A stretch of 64,000 bases of DNA from Peribolospora baueri (GCA_029717555.1 JAMDHS010000073.1:1-64000); one strand, 5' to 3'; counted from the first letter of the stretch, positions 1 through 18,276 are shown. The notes: generated from the sequence alone by a model not told the origin. Translations and numbers: made by a program.

Positions 1-850
1 ACTTGCACTAGAGCTGGAGAGGAGAAGGTTTGTTTTATATATTAATTAATAAAACCCTGTTTCTTTAGTGCAGCACTAAATTGAGTATCTCGATACTGAA
101 TAGCTGCTGCTAGTGCTGCTTCACTGCACCGGCATTGTCTGGCATCCCCGTCCATCCGTCCGTCCGTCCATCCGTCCATCTCGCCATGCATCGCTCGCTG
201 ACCGTCCGTCCGTCCGCCTCTGTCCAGTAGCTCGTGTCCCATCGCGTAGATCCGTTCCGTGCTCCCACCGTCGTTCATCCCTTCTCGCGTCGTCCGTGTC
301 GACTGGACCTGCCCTTAATGTCGTTTTTTTTTTTTTCTTTTCTTTCTTCTTGTCCCATGTTGGTCATGCTCCCTCCCTTGTCTATATCTCCCCTCCTTCC
401 TTTACTTTTTTTTGTCCTCCATTTCGCTCTTTCCTCCCGCCCTCGCCTCGCCCCGCTCGTCCGCGTCCGTCCGTCCGCCGTCGGTGGTACCCACCGCCCG
501 CCGGCTGGCTTTGTATGCTCTCGACCGTCTCCCCTCCCCTCCCCCCTCCTCACCTATCCTCGTCTCTTCTCGGTCGTCGCGTTGTAACTGTATCTATCTC
601 TCGTCCGTATGAATTCCCCTGTCCGGCTTCGCTTGGCGTCGGTTGCCTCTTCGTGGTACTACTCGTGCTCGAGTGTTCTCTTACTCGTGTGGACAGGTAC
701 TCGATTGTCGCTGGGTCCGATGACTACGATTCGTCGATGCGCTCGTTTCTTCGATTTCAACAGGATGGTTCGATTCGGTTCGACAGCTCTCGCTCGACTC
801 GACGCGGCTGTGCTCGTGACGTGACTTGTCGTGACTTGTCGTCGCGTGTC

Positions 851-883
851 GTGACGTGACGTGACGTGACGTGACGTGACGTG
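851..883. repeat. (GTGAC)n tandem repeat
   Basis: Six perfect GTGAC units at 851-880, with degenerate copies just upstream. Confidence 0.9.
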
Positions 884-1965
884 GGCCGAGTCAGGTGGTA
901 GATGAAGGACAGCCATCCATCCCACCGTCTGGACTCGACTGACGCCGACGACGTGGTGGCGTGATGTAATGAAATGTAATAGCAATGCGATGCGATTCAT
1001 CCGGACGTCGTCGTCGCCGTCGTCACCGTCCCATTCATTCGTCACGCGCCCCTTCCCTTATCCGTCTCTCTCTCGCAAAGAAAGAGTCATTCCTTCGTGA
1101 TCGTCCGTCACTTCGCCCGGCTCTCGCTGCATCGCCACGCCTCGCTTCGCCACCGGCTCCACTCCGATCGTCCGTGCGCACTGACGGCCATCGCGTGGCG
1201 GTGGCCGTCACCGAACCCGAGCCCGAGCCGAAGGCCGAGACCGGCGTTTCAACCCTGCTGCGGCACGAGCAGAGAAGCATGACTCGCACTCCCTTCTCCG
1301 CCGCAGCCGCGTCGTCCTTACCCCTCTGTTGTATTGCCGTCTTACAAACGCCCGAAAGGGCGCCCTCGTGGACCGCGACGGCGCGTTGTAATCGGGTGTT
1401 ACGGCGGGGTGTAATGCGATTTCAAGTCTTCGCCATCGTTCGCCGCCGCTCGCCGTCGCCCCGCTCCGCCCGGCCGGCGGTGGCGAGTGTGGTGACTCGT
1501 CGAACACTCGACTCATCTCATCTTTCTCTTCCCCCACCGACTCACCGATGCTTCACCTCGTCCACACCTACAAATCCAAGCTGCCGCCCCCCATCGCTTC
1601 CCTCTTCCTCCACTCCACAACGCCCCTTCTCCATTAATCCCGTCGCCCAAGTTCAAGTTCGTCTCTCGCTCATCACCAACCTCGCGTCGCCTCGCACTCG
1701 CACCCACCCACCCCCTCTCCGGTCGCGCCCACCAACCGCCGCCTCGCCACCTGCGTTCTAGGGTGCGGGCCTCCTAGACACAAACAGTGAGTCCGAGCCT
1801 CCATCCGCTTGCTTCGACCGCAGTGCGCATCCCAGCCGAGCATCTCGTTCCCGCAGTCGGTCGTACTTTCTTCCTTCCGTGTGGCGGCCGCTCACCTGCC
1901 GCCACCCGTCTCGCTTCTCTGTGGCGATCCCCCTTTCTCCTAGCACTCCATCTCGCCTGTTTAAA

Positions 1966-2007
1966 ATGTTCTTCAACGTCGCCAAGGCCGTCTCGGGGTC
2001 CCAGTAA
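1966..2007 (+). other. Upstream ORF (13 aa, MFFNVAKAVSGSQ) in the cyclin 5' leader
   Basis: ATG in AAAATG context at 1966; TAA at 2005-2007; 130 nt upstream of the cyclin ATG, in a different frame. Confidence 0.55.
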
Positions 2008-2137
2008 GCTTTCTACCCAGAAAAGCTACTAGGGACCTCGGGGCACGTGGCCTCGTCCTCCGTCATCGTCAACAACTCGGTTTTCGTCGTCACCGGCTGC
2101 CTGTATTTTCTTCCAACCCCCCGCCCCCGCCCCCGCC

Positions 2138-4018
2138 ATGACCTCTCCTCTTCCCAGCCCACTCCTCATCCGCCACGATGTATCCGACGACGCAGAAGCA
2201 AGGCCATGGCATCTGACCGGACAGCGCGGCCACTCGGCCGCCGCCGCCGCTCATCATGCCGACGCGTCTTCCTTCAGCGCCGCATCTTCCTTCTCCGCCG
2301 CTTCCGCCGCCACCTCCATCTCCGCTCGCATAACGCCACCCTTCTTGGCCGATGTCGCGAGCGATCTCTCCTATGCGCCCGACGCCGCCGCGAGGCCCGT
2401 CGAGCACTGCATGCGTCCTCATCTCTTTTGCTCTCACGACGTCTGGGCCACCGGTCCCACCGTCGTTCCCTTAGCGCTATGTGGTCGTGGTCGTACCGCG
2501 GCCGTCATGATGCCCACCAAGGTCTGTGGCGCCAAGAGGCGCCGCCCCGCCAATGACGACGTGCCTCCCTCGCCGCCTTCCTCCAATCCCTCTCTTTCCT
2601 CTCTCCCCAACGTTTCGCTCTCCGTCAGGAGCTCGTTCAGCACCCTCGGCAGCGGATCGTCGCGCAGCGCAGAGCAAGTCGATGTCTCCACCGCTGACGA
2701 GCCCAACGCCGCGCTTCCTCAGGTCAAAGCCAACGCCGGCCCCGACTGTCCCGTGAGCGGCGCGGGCGGAAAGAAAGGGGAGAACAGGAAGTGCAAGGCC
2801 GAGATCGTGACCGCACTCGTCGGTGAGTCGTCGTTGATGGGGTCGCTGATGTGACGACGGGAGCGGGCGTAGGGCGACTGCATGCTGTGGCGTCGTCTTT
2901 GTATGAGCGGATGTGCTGAGTGTGAGTGAGTTCGTCGCCTCATAGATACGGCCGCATCGACGATCGAGGCTATCTGGCAGCCCATTCCGCCTGCCACGCT
3001 CGCCGGTCGGAGCCTCAGTGCGGACGCCTCGTCGGGCGTGCTCCCCTTGCGTGTCTTCATCCAAGAGACCCTCCGTCGATCCCGGACCAGCTGCTCGACT
3101 CTCCAAGTCGCCCTGCTGTATTGCTTGCGTGGCTCCGAGGCGGTCAAGGATCGTCGGATGGCCCTCAAGGTTGCTGAGGAAGGTCCGTTGGCCAGCGTCG
3201 ACCTCGGTCACGAGATCGACGCCAGCGTCAGGACCGTCTTCGGTCTGCCTAGTCCAGCGCTCTCGTCGGCCAGCTCATTTGACGGGGTCGTCTTCAACGA
3301 CAGGACCGTCGTAGAGGTACTCGTCGACTTTGCCACCGCCTCGCCCCGGTCGTCGACCTTGTCGTCGTCGTCGTTGTCGTCGTCGTCGTCGTCGTCGTCG
3401 TCCACCGCGTCGTCACGTCGGAGTAGCCTCGCCGCCGGCTCTGTCGATAATGCATCTCCGTTTCCTCCCACCCCACCCTCGTCCCAGCCATCGCCGTCCG
3501 AGCGCAAGGCGTCGTCTCCGCTGCCCTCCATTTCGCCTTCGCCGCCGACGACGTCGAGCATTTCTGCTGATCCGACCCTATGCGGTCGACGGATGTTCCT
3601 CGCCTCGCTTATCGTGGCCAGCAAGTTCTTGCAGGACCGGAACTACTCGAACAAGGCGTGGAGCAAAATCTCCGGTCTGCCCGTCAAGGAGATCAACCGC
3701 GTCGAGCGTCTCTTCCTCGCCCTCCTCGGCTATGAGCTGAGCGTGAGCCCGGAGGTGTGGAAGGCGTGGATGAGGCTTTTGGAAGGCAGGGTCTTCCGTC
3801 TCGGCAAGGAGCGCGCTGAGGCGAGGCAGCGTGAAATGGCGCACGCCGTCGCGGACAAGCTCGAGCAGGCGCAGGCGCAGGACCGACGTCCGACCAAGAT
3901 GGCTCGGCGCGCTCTCGGGCGGTCTCACTCCGACCTCGTATCCGTTCCTCCTCCATGGTTTTCCCCCGCTCTGATGACTCCCCCATCCTTCCCCTGTACC
4001 ATCTCCCTGTCCGTCTAG
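2138..4018 (+). CDS. Pho80/Pcl/Clg1-family cyclin (exons about 2138-2822 and 2946-4018)
   Basis: Removing GTGAGT...CATAG (2823-2945) gives IVTALV-DTAASTIEAIW. Cyclin-box motifs follow: LPLRVFIQETLRRSRTSCSTLQVALLY and LCGRRMFLASLIVASKFLQDRNYSNKAWSKISGLPVKEINRVER. The 3' end is less certain. Confidence 0.85.
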
Positions 4019-4539
4019 CCCCCTCCTTCTCCCCGCACTTTTTCTTTTTCTTTTTTTTTTTAACCTTTTGTTTTCCTTTTTTCGCCTTCCCTCTCCTTCC
4101 TTTCTTCGCGCCCGCCCGCCCGCCAGTGCGCGGTCGGTCCGCAGTGGCCGGTCGGCCCTTGCCTTGCGACCCGTTCGCCCGTCCTCGTCTTTTTTCGGTC
4201 GTCCTTCCTCCCTCCTGTTCCGCCAGCGTCTGTACACGTGTCTTTTTCATTTGAGTGTTTCGCCGCTTCCTTCGAATTGGTAATCCAATCCCATCCCACA
4301 ACATCCCATCCCATGTTTGATTCCCCTCTCGCCATTTCGTGCGATCGATCATTCGCGTTCGCGTCTCGCGTGCGACGTCGGGTGCCGCATTGGTGGGGCG
4401 ATTTTATGGAGGGACGAAGACAGGACCGGGACCGGGACCGGGTGGCAAGCGACCGTGCCGTGCCGTGCTGCGCGGTGCTGTAGCCGCAGTCGCAGCCGCA
4501 GTCGCAGCCGCAGCGACGTCAGCCCACCCCACCCATCTC

Positions 4540-4825
4540 TCTATCTATCTCGCTATCTATGCCATCTATCTATCTATCTATCCTGCTAGCGAGATGCGAG
4601 ATGCGAGATCGGCTGTGTTCTGCCTCCGTTGGGCGTGAGGAGAGGAGAGGAGGGGAGAGGTCGGGTGGGATGTTATGTAGCTGGCTAGCTGTTGTGTCTG
4701 TCTGTCTGTCTCGCTGGCTGGCTCATCGGATCGATGGGCGACGACGTGGGGTTGCCATCCATCCATCCATCCATCCATCCATCCATCCATCCATCCATCT
4801 ATCCATCATCTATCTATCTCTATCT
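4540..4825. repeat. (TATC)n and (CATC)n microsatellites
   Basis: Tandem TATC at about 4540-4582 and 4810-4825; CATC at about 4755-4808. Confidence 0.85.
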
Positions 4826-6520
4826 GCGTGCGTGCGTGCCTGTCTGTCTGTCTGCCCGTCGATGGCCGCTTTTCTTGCCTTTGCTTTTTCTTTTGCTTCA
4901 TCATCATGATCATGGACGAGCGTGACCGAGCCGAAGAAAGTATCTATAGCGTTAACGACGGAGATTCGATTTCGCCGTTCGGTTCGCCGTTCGTTCCTAG
5001 CTCGGATCTGTCGGTGGGTGGGTGGGATGGGTGGACGATCAGATCGGGTGCGGATATGATCAGAGGGAATCATCGCGAGCACCTCCCACCCAGCCTGGCG
5101 GAAGCGGGCGCGGACGGGCGCGGATGGAGGGCGTGGGCGTTTTTATTTTTTTTGTTATTCTGGTTGTTGCTCGCTTTGGAGCTGCTCTTGTGAGAGTGTG
5201 ATACTGTCTGCGCTGGACAGACGGATCGGCTTTCTTTCTTTCTTTCTTGCTTGCTTGCTTTCCTTTTTCTTTCTTTCTTTCTTTCTTTTCGTTCCTTCTT
5301 TCCCTCTTTCCGTCCGTCCATCTATCTGCCTTTCTCCGTCCGTCTGTCTTCCTCCGGGCTGCTGTCGGCAAACGGGCATCAGATCAGGGACGGGTATCTT
5401 CGTGACGTGCAGCGCTCGTGCGACTCTCCCTCGAGTCTCCCCGTTCCTTCTACTCCACTCCCCTCGAATAGCTGGCTGTCATCGCCTTGCTCGCTCTTCT
5501 TCTCTCTATTCTCTATTCCTCCCTACGCCAGGGCCAGCGCCAAAGCCAGCGTTCGCTCCCGCCTCTCATCCGCCCGCCTGCCCGGCCAAGCACCCGGGCC
5601 CTTCCGGTCTGACTGACTGACACCTCCGCTCGTCTCCATCTATCCACGCACGCACAAACTCTTCATCCGACGTCCTCGTCACCATCCTTCCAACCACCAT
5701 CCTTCCTTCCTTCTATTCACTCCTCCATCCACCCTCCCTCTCCTCCCCTCCATCTCCACCCCACCTCCTCTCTTACGCCGCGTCCCCCTCCTTTTCCCCA
5801 GACGCCAGACGCCAGACGCCAGCTCGAGCTCGTGCGGATCCAGAATCCAAGCAAGGACCGGCCGGCACAGCACAGCATCGCATCGCACGACGTGCGCTCG
5901 CACAGTGGTGGCGTGAGTGCCTACGCTGGCGCTCTTACGATCGCAACGGACGAGCGAGACAAGAGACGAGACGAGGCGAAACAGACAAGAAAAGACGAGA
6001 CAAGACGGTGAGCGCGTGTCCCCCGTTCGAGTCGCTGTGTAGTCCGTTACGCATCAAGTTGGCGGCGCAGACACAGACACAGACAAGGGCAGAGGGTGCT
6101 CTGGCTACGACGAGCTGGTCAACGCCGTGTCTCCGATTAGGTCGCGACCGCCGAACCTTGTGCTCTCTCTCCCGCTCGCTGCTTCTCTCCGCCCGCCGTG
6201 CTCACCGTCGTCGCTCGCTCTCCTCTCTCATCATCATCACGACGACAACGACGACGACGGCGATACCACCACCCTCTCGTATCTCTTCACCCCATCGACG
6301 ACCAGACGCTCTCTGACCACCGAATACCACCGCCACTCCCACCTCCCTCCCCCTCTCCTCCCTCGTCCCCGGCCCCCGCCTGCGATCGCCCACCATTCCC
6401 TCCTTCACATCCTCCGCCTCTCCTAACCCTCCCCCATCACCACGACGACCAGCCCCGACCACTGATCGTCGCATAGGCTTCCAACCAGCCCATTTGTCTT
6501 CTCCCTCCTCTCTCCACAAC

Positions 6521-12049
<5,529 letters not shown>

Positions 12050-12739
12050 CCACCTTTTTTTTCGCTTCTTCCTCCCTTTTCCTCGATGCCCGTTGGCCCC
12101 GATTCGCCCGCCCTCCAACAGATCGCAGCGCCTCTTTAAAGTCTTCTCTTCTCGCCTCCGCCGTCTCTCGCGTCTCCCTTCTCCTTCGTCTTTGGATTTT
12201 CCGGCGTCGCAGTCTTCCACTTTCTTTCTCCTCCTTTCCCTGCTTTTCTTTGCCCCCCGGTCCGTCCGTCCGCCCGCCCAAGTCGGTGATAGAGTCGCAA
12301 ACCCAACCGTGTACTTGTAGCGATGTCGCTTTTCTGTCTTCCCTCTTGTCGGTCGATCTTACCTGCCTCCCCTTCTTCCTCTTCCTTTCACGCCGTCATG
12401 AACTTCGAATATCTACCCCGGTGACGCACCATGGGGCTCCCCGCCGGAACGGAAGACGAATGATATTGCTCCAGATTACAAGAAGCCGCCGAACCAAGCT
12501 GATCATGTCAAGCGTCCGTCCGACAGACCATCAAACATCTCCGTACCGCTCTCGCGCACCTGTAAAGGGGAAAGAAAGGAAAACGAAGAAGAAAAAAGAC
12601 CGAGCGGCCAAGGGGATTACGATGGGGGCCGATGTTAGCCATGTCCATGCTTTTCCTTTTTTTTCCCTGCGAAAGAGAGAGAGAGAGAGAGAAAGAGAGA
12701 GAGCGATGCCACAGTGAGGCCATATATGGCCTGGTTGGG

Positions 12740-15700
12740 TCACCGCTCGTGTCTCGACAGCTGACCATCCTTAGCTTGCTGCAAATAGCCTTTCCAACCG
12801 CCGCTCTTGTAGTCGGCCATCGCCGAGGCATCTCTCTTCTTCGACGAGCCCAGTCCCGCCCCTTGCGCGTAGACCGCTGCTTGAACGGGGTCCGTTCGCC
12901 CTTCGCCGGAGGCGCCCAAACCCACGCCCTCGGCCCAGCCCATCTTTCGAAGCATCTGGTTGCCCACGTTCGATTCCTCGATATTATCCTTCTTCGGTTC
13001 AGCCGGAGCGGGCGGCGGGGGCGAAGGCGCCTTAGGTCCTTCGAAGAAGCGCTGCTGACGTTTGCGAGACGCGTTCACCGGCGGCACTTCCGGCTGACCG
13101 TACACCGCTCGGCGTAAGAGTGCCCGATCGCGATACTTGGGTTGCCCGCCTTCGCCGGCCGTCTCGCCTCCGGCGCCACCTCCGGTCTGGGCCGAAATGG
13201 GTACGAAGCCGCCGCCCGGCGTGCTGCTGCTGGCGGCAGATGCTTGCGATGAGCCTTTCCGTTCGGCTCCTTTCTTGCGCGCCACCGGGTCTTGCAAGTT
13301 TCGCTGTGGACAGTTCGAAAACGAGTCAGAAGGGGCACGATGCTTGGGTTAGCCTTCGGTCCGGGGACGCGGGAGGACCGAGGATGATCATGAGAAGGTT
13401 GCACACGGCTAGGGAGAATTCGAAAGGAGAGAGGAGAAAGATGCGAGCCTTGTGTAAGTCCGATTCTCTCTCGTGGCGCTTCAGCCTCTCGGACGACTTG
13501 AACTGGCGCTGGCAAAGTAAGCAAGCCATGCGCGATGGGTCGGCGAAGTCGAACTGAGCTGCAATGTCAACATCGTCTCGGGGCTGAGCCGCGGCAGGCG
13601 CTACTTCATCGACGGGAGGCCCCTGCACGTCTTCGTTGTCGCCAAAGGCCGACGCGAGGGCATTCTGACGGTGAGAAACATAGCAGTTCCAAGGGCGAGC
13701 ACGTCAGTTGTCTGTTCAAGACGGACAAAGTCACCGCAATGCGGCGTTCGAGTCCCACAGGTTTCCCAGCTGGTCCCACCACATTATCTGTCTCTTCTTT
13801 TGGTGTCCTCAGCTCGTCTTGCTTCACGTTCCATTTCTGGATATTGATGGCAATCTACGTCGTAGGTGGAAGCGAATCGCAAGAAGTATGAGAGTAGTTC
13901 TGGCGGCCGAACAACGTGGCCAGGACGTCGCTCACCTTCTTACTGCCGACAAGTGCAGACGGCTTTTTCGCTTTGTCGGTCTTTCGCGCTGTGTTAAGAC
14001 AGTCCGCAAATTGGAGAGTGAGATGGCTGTTTGGAGCGTGTGAGAACATCGGGTTTAACAAACCCTTGGTTTCGACGCTGCGAGCAGGCAATGAAACAGG
14101 AGACAAAGGTTAGCGCGAGCATCATCGGACCCAAGGACAATGCCACTGACGAGGTGATCGTCGACTCAGGAGCAGCCTTGGACTTGTTCGATGCCTCTTC
14201 TTCTGCAGGGCGGATAAAGGACAAAGATCGGACTCCTTCCGGATGAGCAAATGGAACCCTACTTTCTCTCCCTTCCATCGTTGCATTACCTTCCAGCTTG
14301 GCCTTCTTGGACGGCCGCTCCTCCACCGCATCCCGTCCATTCTCTCTCGGCCTGGCATGCCTATTCCTCCAAACGCCGACTCTGGCGCCCTTGTCCCAAT
14401 AGATTCTTTCCTTCCCATCGACGTCGCGAAACGACCAGGACTTCTGCTGCAAATTTTGAGGATCGGCAAGCGGGAAAGCCGATTCGGGGTTGCTGAACGT
14501 CACCGCCAGAGGCGGTCCTCCTCCGTCCTTGCTCCTGCTACCGGTGGACTCAGACGGCTGGATGCGGAAACCTGTAGGGAAGGCTTGGGGCGAGAGGATA
14601 CGAGCAAGCGCTTGCTTTGCGGCCTGTGGGAATGGAGGAGTGAGCAAGGACTCGCAGGTTTATTTCGGCGAAGCGAACGATAGCAACACTAACCTCGACA
14701 TCGATGTATCGGGCGAAAGCGAACTCCCAACTGCCGTTCGTTTGGCGGTCTCGAACAAGCAAGACCTCCTTTAGCTCTGAAAGGGCCTCGCTACCGACGT
14801 CTAGAAGCGACGCTGCGACATCCACCTCACGGACATGAGGGCGGAGACCGCGAAGGAGTAACGTGTCGCTGGGCTGAGCGCCGATGTCCCTACTACCGTC
14901 GTTACCGTGTGCGTTGAGTGGCGCCTTGGACGATACGGTGGGGCGGTCGTTGGTCCTCTCCTCGTTTTTGGCGAAATCGAGACGGATTCTCCGTCTCTTC
15001 TCTAACATTGTGCCTCCACGGGGAGGCTCACCTTCGCGTGAAGAAGGCAATGGGCCGAGGAAGCGCTCAGGATCGTCGATACCTGGATAATACTTCTCGA
15101 CGAAATCGGTTGCGGCATCGACTGTTGCGAAGCGAAGGAATGCATAACCCCGAGGAAGGCCAGTGGTCCGGTCTCGGATCGCCGAAATGGTCGGAAGAGG
15201 TACGTCGGGGAGAAGGGAAGACACGAGTGTGTGCAGCTGACGAGTGACAATATACGCGTCAGACCGACACGCTAGAGGAACGTCCACTATGCCAACGAGC
15301 CGAGTGTCAACTTCTAATGGTTTCTCGCTTACCTTGGCTTCGTCCACATCCTTGTCTAAACCCTGTAGAATGACATCCGTGCTAGGCTCTGTCGCTGTAA
15401 ACGGCCTGGACCTGCTTTCCTCGGAAACGTCATACGGCGAAGCCCGACGCCGGTGGAAGAGATCATGCTCCCATCGGTCGTATGGTCTATCGCGCGAGTC
15501 GCGAACTTCGGCCCTTCGATAGGGCGGCGGAGAACGCGAGCGGCTCCGAGACCTTCCCCTTCTGTAGGGAGGCGGCGAAGGCGGTGACCGAGGCGGCCCT
15601 GAACGGCGGTAATACGGCGGACTAGGGGAAGAAGAGGAAAGACGGCGTCGACGCCCATATGGAGAGACAGATCTGGACCTGGACCTTCGTCGGGATGGAG

Positions 15701-16571
15701 ATGGCGAGCGCAAGGGTGGGTAGCCCCTTGAGGGAGGACTGTCGCGGTATCTCCGCGGAGGGGGAGAACGCGACCTCCGTAGTGGAGTCGGTGAGCGACG
15801 GGGAGGAGGGGGACGTCTTTGAGTGTCTTGCGGAGGGCTCGCCGGGCGAGGAGGAGGAGCTCTAGGTGTGGGATCATAGTCCTCATTCGCGCCCGGAAAG
15901 GGTGTTTTTGATGTGCCTGGCCGCGCAGGCTTCAAATTGTCGTACTGGTGGTAGGGGGCATGTAAAGGAGGCGGCTGATGCCTCGGAAGGCCTTCCTCCA
16001 AAGGCCGGCGGTCATATCTCTTTTCGGTTCGCGCCATTGGAGGCACAGGTGGACCTTGCCAGGGCGGAGCGAAGTTCGGTGGCGCTGCACGAGCCAGTTC
16101 GGGAGGAGGGTGCGCTGACTGTCCAGAGTAGCTTCCGTCCGGTTCAGAAGCATTCGGGTGGCGAGAAAGCGATGGAGGATATGAATAAGAACGATATGCC
16201 TCTCCTTCAGCTGAGCCTCGATATATGGGGTCATTGCTCGTCGATGGTGACACGGCGTTCAGAGAATGGGGAGCCGGGGGCGAGCGTGCTGGGAGACCTT
16301 CACGCGACGGAGGCATAGGTGGAGCTGGAGGAAACGCCACGTACCGCCTGTCACCATCGTCGGGACGAGACGGATGCCTGGAGTAGCCGTTCCAGTTGGG
16401 CGGTGGCCTTGACGGGTCAAAGGGTGGGAGGCCACTATTCGGTGGAGAAGCTTGTGAAGGCCAGGGAGGCGACGGACCCGGGGGTTCGTGCGAGGGTGGA
16501 TGGTAAGAAGGCGTACCTGCGGGTGGCGGCTGGCCATACCCGTATGGGAAAGGCGGTGGCCGTCCTGCCAT
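12740..16571 (-). CDS. RBM5/RBM10-like RNA-binding protein (Pro/RS-rich N-terminus, 2 RRMs, C2H2 finger, G-patch); multi-exon
   Basis: RRM motifs VILQGL...RGYAFLRF and LLLRGL...WEFAFARY; zinc finger CLLCQRQFKSSERLKRHERESDLH; KYRDRALLRR; G-patch NVGNQMLRKMGWAEGVGLGASGEG. Confidence 0.85.
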
Positions 16572-16794
16572 ATTGTCAAGTCTGGTCTGCACCGATGCGC
16601 TGGCCTCGTATCCAAATGGTGGTGGTGAACAGGCAAGGGAAGGGGAGGTGGAAAGGGTGGTTCGGTTGGAAGGTGGCACGAAGTGCAAGGCCGATCCGGT
16701 AACCCTAACCTGCGCGCCCGGCTGATGTCGCCGGGTGACGGGCGACGAGAACATAGATATCGACCACAACCATCGTCAACCAAAGCTCGCAACA

Positions 16795-17554
16795 ATGGCT
16801 GGAGGAGACTTTCGTGAGTAAAGGAGGCCACTCTTCAAGCCTGGATCGTTTCTCTTCGGCTCAACTAAAAGCATCCTGTTGCGCTTCCCGGCGTCTGTTT
16901 CGCTGCTCTCCCTACAAGACCCGGTCAAGGTAAGCGGTCAAAATGGAGAGGGTCTTCACTGAGATATGGTAGGCGGCCGATCTCTGACCAGCCCATACTT
17001 TTGCTCCTCGCCCATTTCGTTCAGATCGACCCCGCCATTGAGCGGTGGAACATGATGGTGCGTCTTCCTACCATCTTCCGTCATCTGCGACCTCTCACCC
17101 GACGGCCACCTCGCCTCCCCTCTTCTCCGGCCAGGACTGACCTACCGTTCTCCCCCGTCCACGCCTCCCTTCTTCCACACTTTCTTTCTCTCTCCGACGC
17201 AGCGTGATACGGTGTACCAACGTTTTCGTTTCGTTCCTCGCGCTACCAAGGCTGTCCTCGGTCTCGTCGTCGTCGTCCCCGCGCTGGCCGCTTATGTAGC
17301 CATCGACACGGACGTGAGTGGTGCAGTGTCCTTCCCTTCGAGGAAAGAGACAGAAGTGGACGTCATCGGGTTGGCTTTCGAGCCATTCCGCTCCGTTGAT
17401 TACAGGCATCTGACCCAGCTTGTTCCCCCGTTTGCCTCGTGATCTTGGTTCTTCTCGCAAACAGCGCAAATGGGACTTGCGAGGCAAGCGCCGCACCGAG
17501 TCGCTCTTACGTCAGGCTCCCGCTTCTGCGGCCGGTGAAGGCGATGAGGAATGA
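16795..17554 (+). CDS. NADH:ubiquinone oxidoreductase B15/NDUFB4-like subunit (exons 16795-16813, 16919-16929, 17025-17057, 17203-17313, 17465-17554)
   Basis: Hand-spliced product MAGGDFHPVKIDPAIERWNMMRDTVYQRFRFVPRATKAVLGLVVVVPALAAYVAIDTDRKWDLRGKRRTESLL...; DPAxxRW motif, one TM helix, all introns GT-AG and in frame. Confidence 0.8.
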
Positions 17555-18276
17555 TTTCTCCGGTCCCTGTCTGTGTAGAATCTCGTCTTCCCCTAGGCCG
17601 GAATGATAAGTTGCATTGGATATTGGGAGTGGACGGCTAAGCGTATGCCTCCGCCCTACAGGTAGCTTCTGAATGGGCAGACGCTCTCGGCGCCTCTCTC
17701 GGCCGTCAAGTATGCCCTCCGGGATTGATTGTGCCACAGCGAGATGATCAGGAGGACTTTGTGAAGTCGATTGCACGTGTTCTTCTGGATTGCGTTATGG
17801 AGACTGCGACTGAGCATGAGCAGAGTGAGGACGAGAGATGAGAGATGGTAGGATGGACGAAAGTCATGGCGGGAAGAGACGAAAGGAACGGGAAGATATG
17901 TGACGCGGCGACTGGAACGGAACGTTGGAAAGCGAGAAAGCGAGGGGGGGTGAAGAAGGAAAGACTATGGACAGGAATAAGGAAAGCAAGACAAGGCGTG
18001 CGGATCAAAGGCCGTTGGTGATATGTTGAAGGACGTGCGCCCTTGAGGCCAGAAAGACGAGAGGTCGAGAACATGACACGTCGAGATACAGGAAGAGAGC
18101 GTCCGGTGATGGCAGTATGTAAGGGGCGTCTTGAGGAACGAGAAAGGTGTGCAATTGAGCTAAAAGAGGGGAAGTTCATCACCCGCAACAAAGCGAAGAG
18201 GAAGGCGAGGAAGGGGCGAGGACAAAGTGGGCCGCCTCTCGCGGGCTACTCGAGTTCAATGATGGAGCACATGTAA

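Noticed and set aside
113..1761. Long ORFs at 113-859 and 985-1761
   Set aside because: Low-complexity translations of repeat-rich, high-GC intergenic or leader DNA; no recognisable domain.
1966..2138. Programmed frameshift from the uORF into the cyclin ORF
   Set aside because: The cyclin frame is closed by TAG at 2030-2032, and no recognisable slippery site is present.
4828..5193. Small ORF (MDERDRAEESIYS...) between the cyclin and areA genes
   Set aside because: No motif or convincing exon structure; embedded in microsatellites.
17740..17815. Possible C/D-box snoRNA (ATGATCA...CTGA)
   Set aside because: Box C is imperfect, there is no terminal stem, and I could not support any rRNA complementarity.
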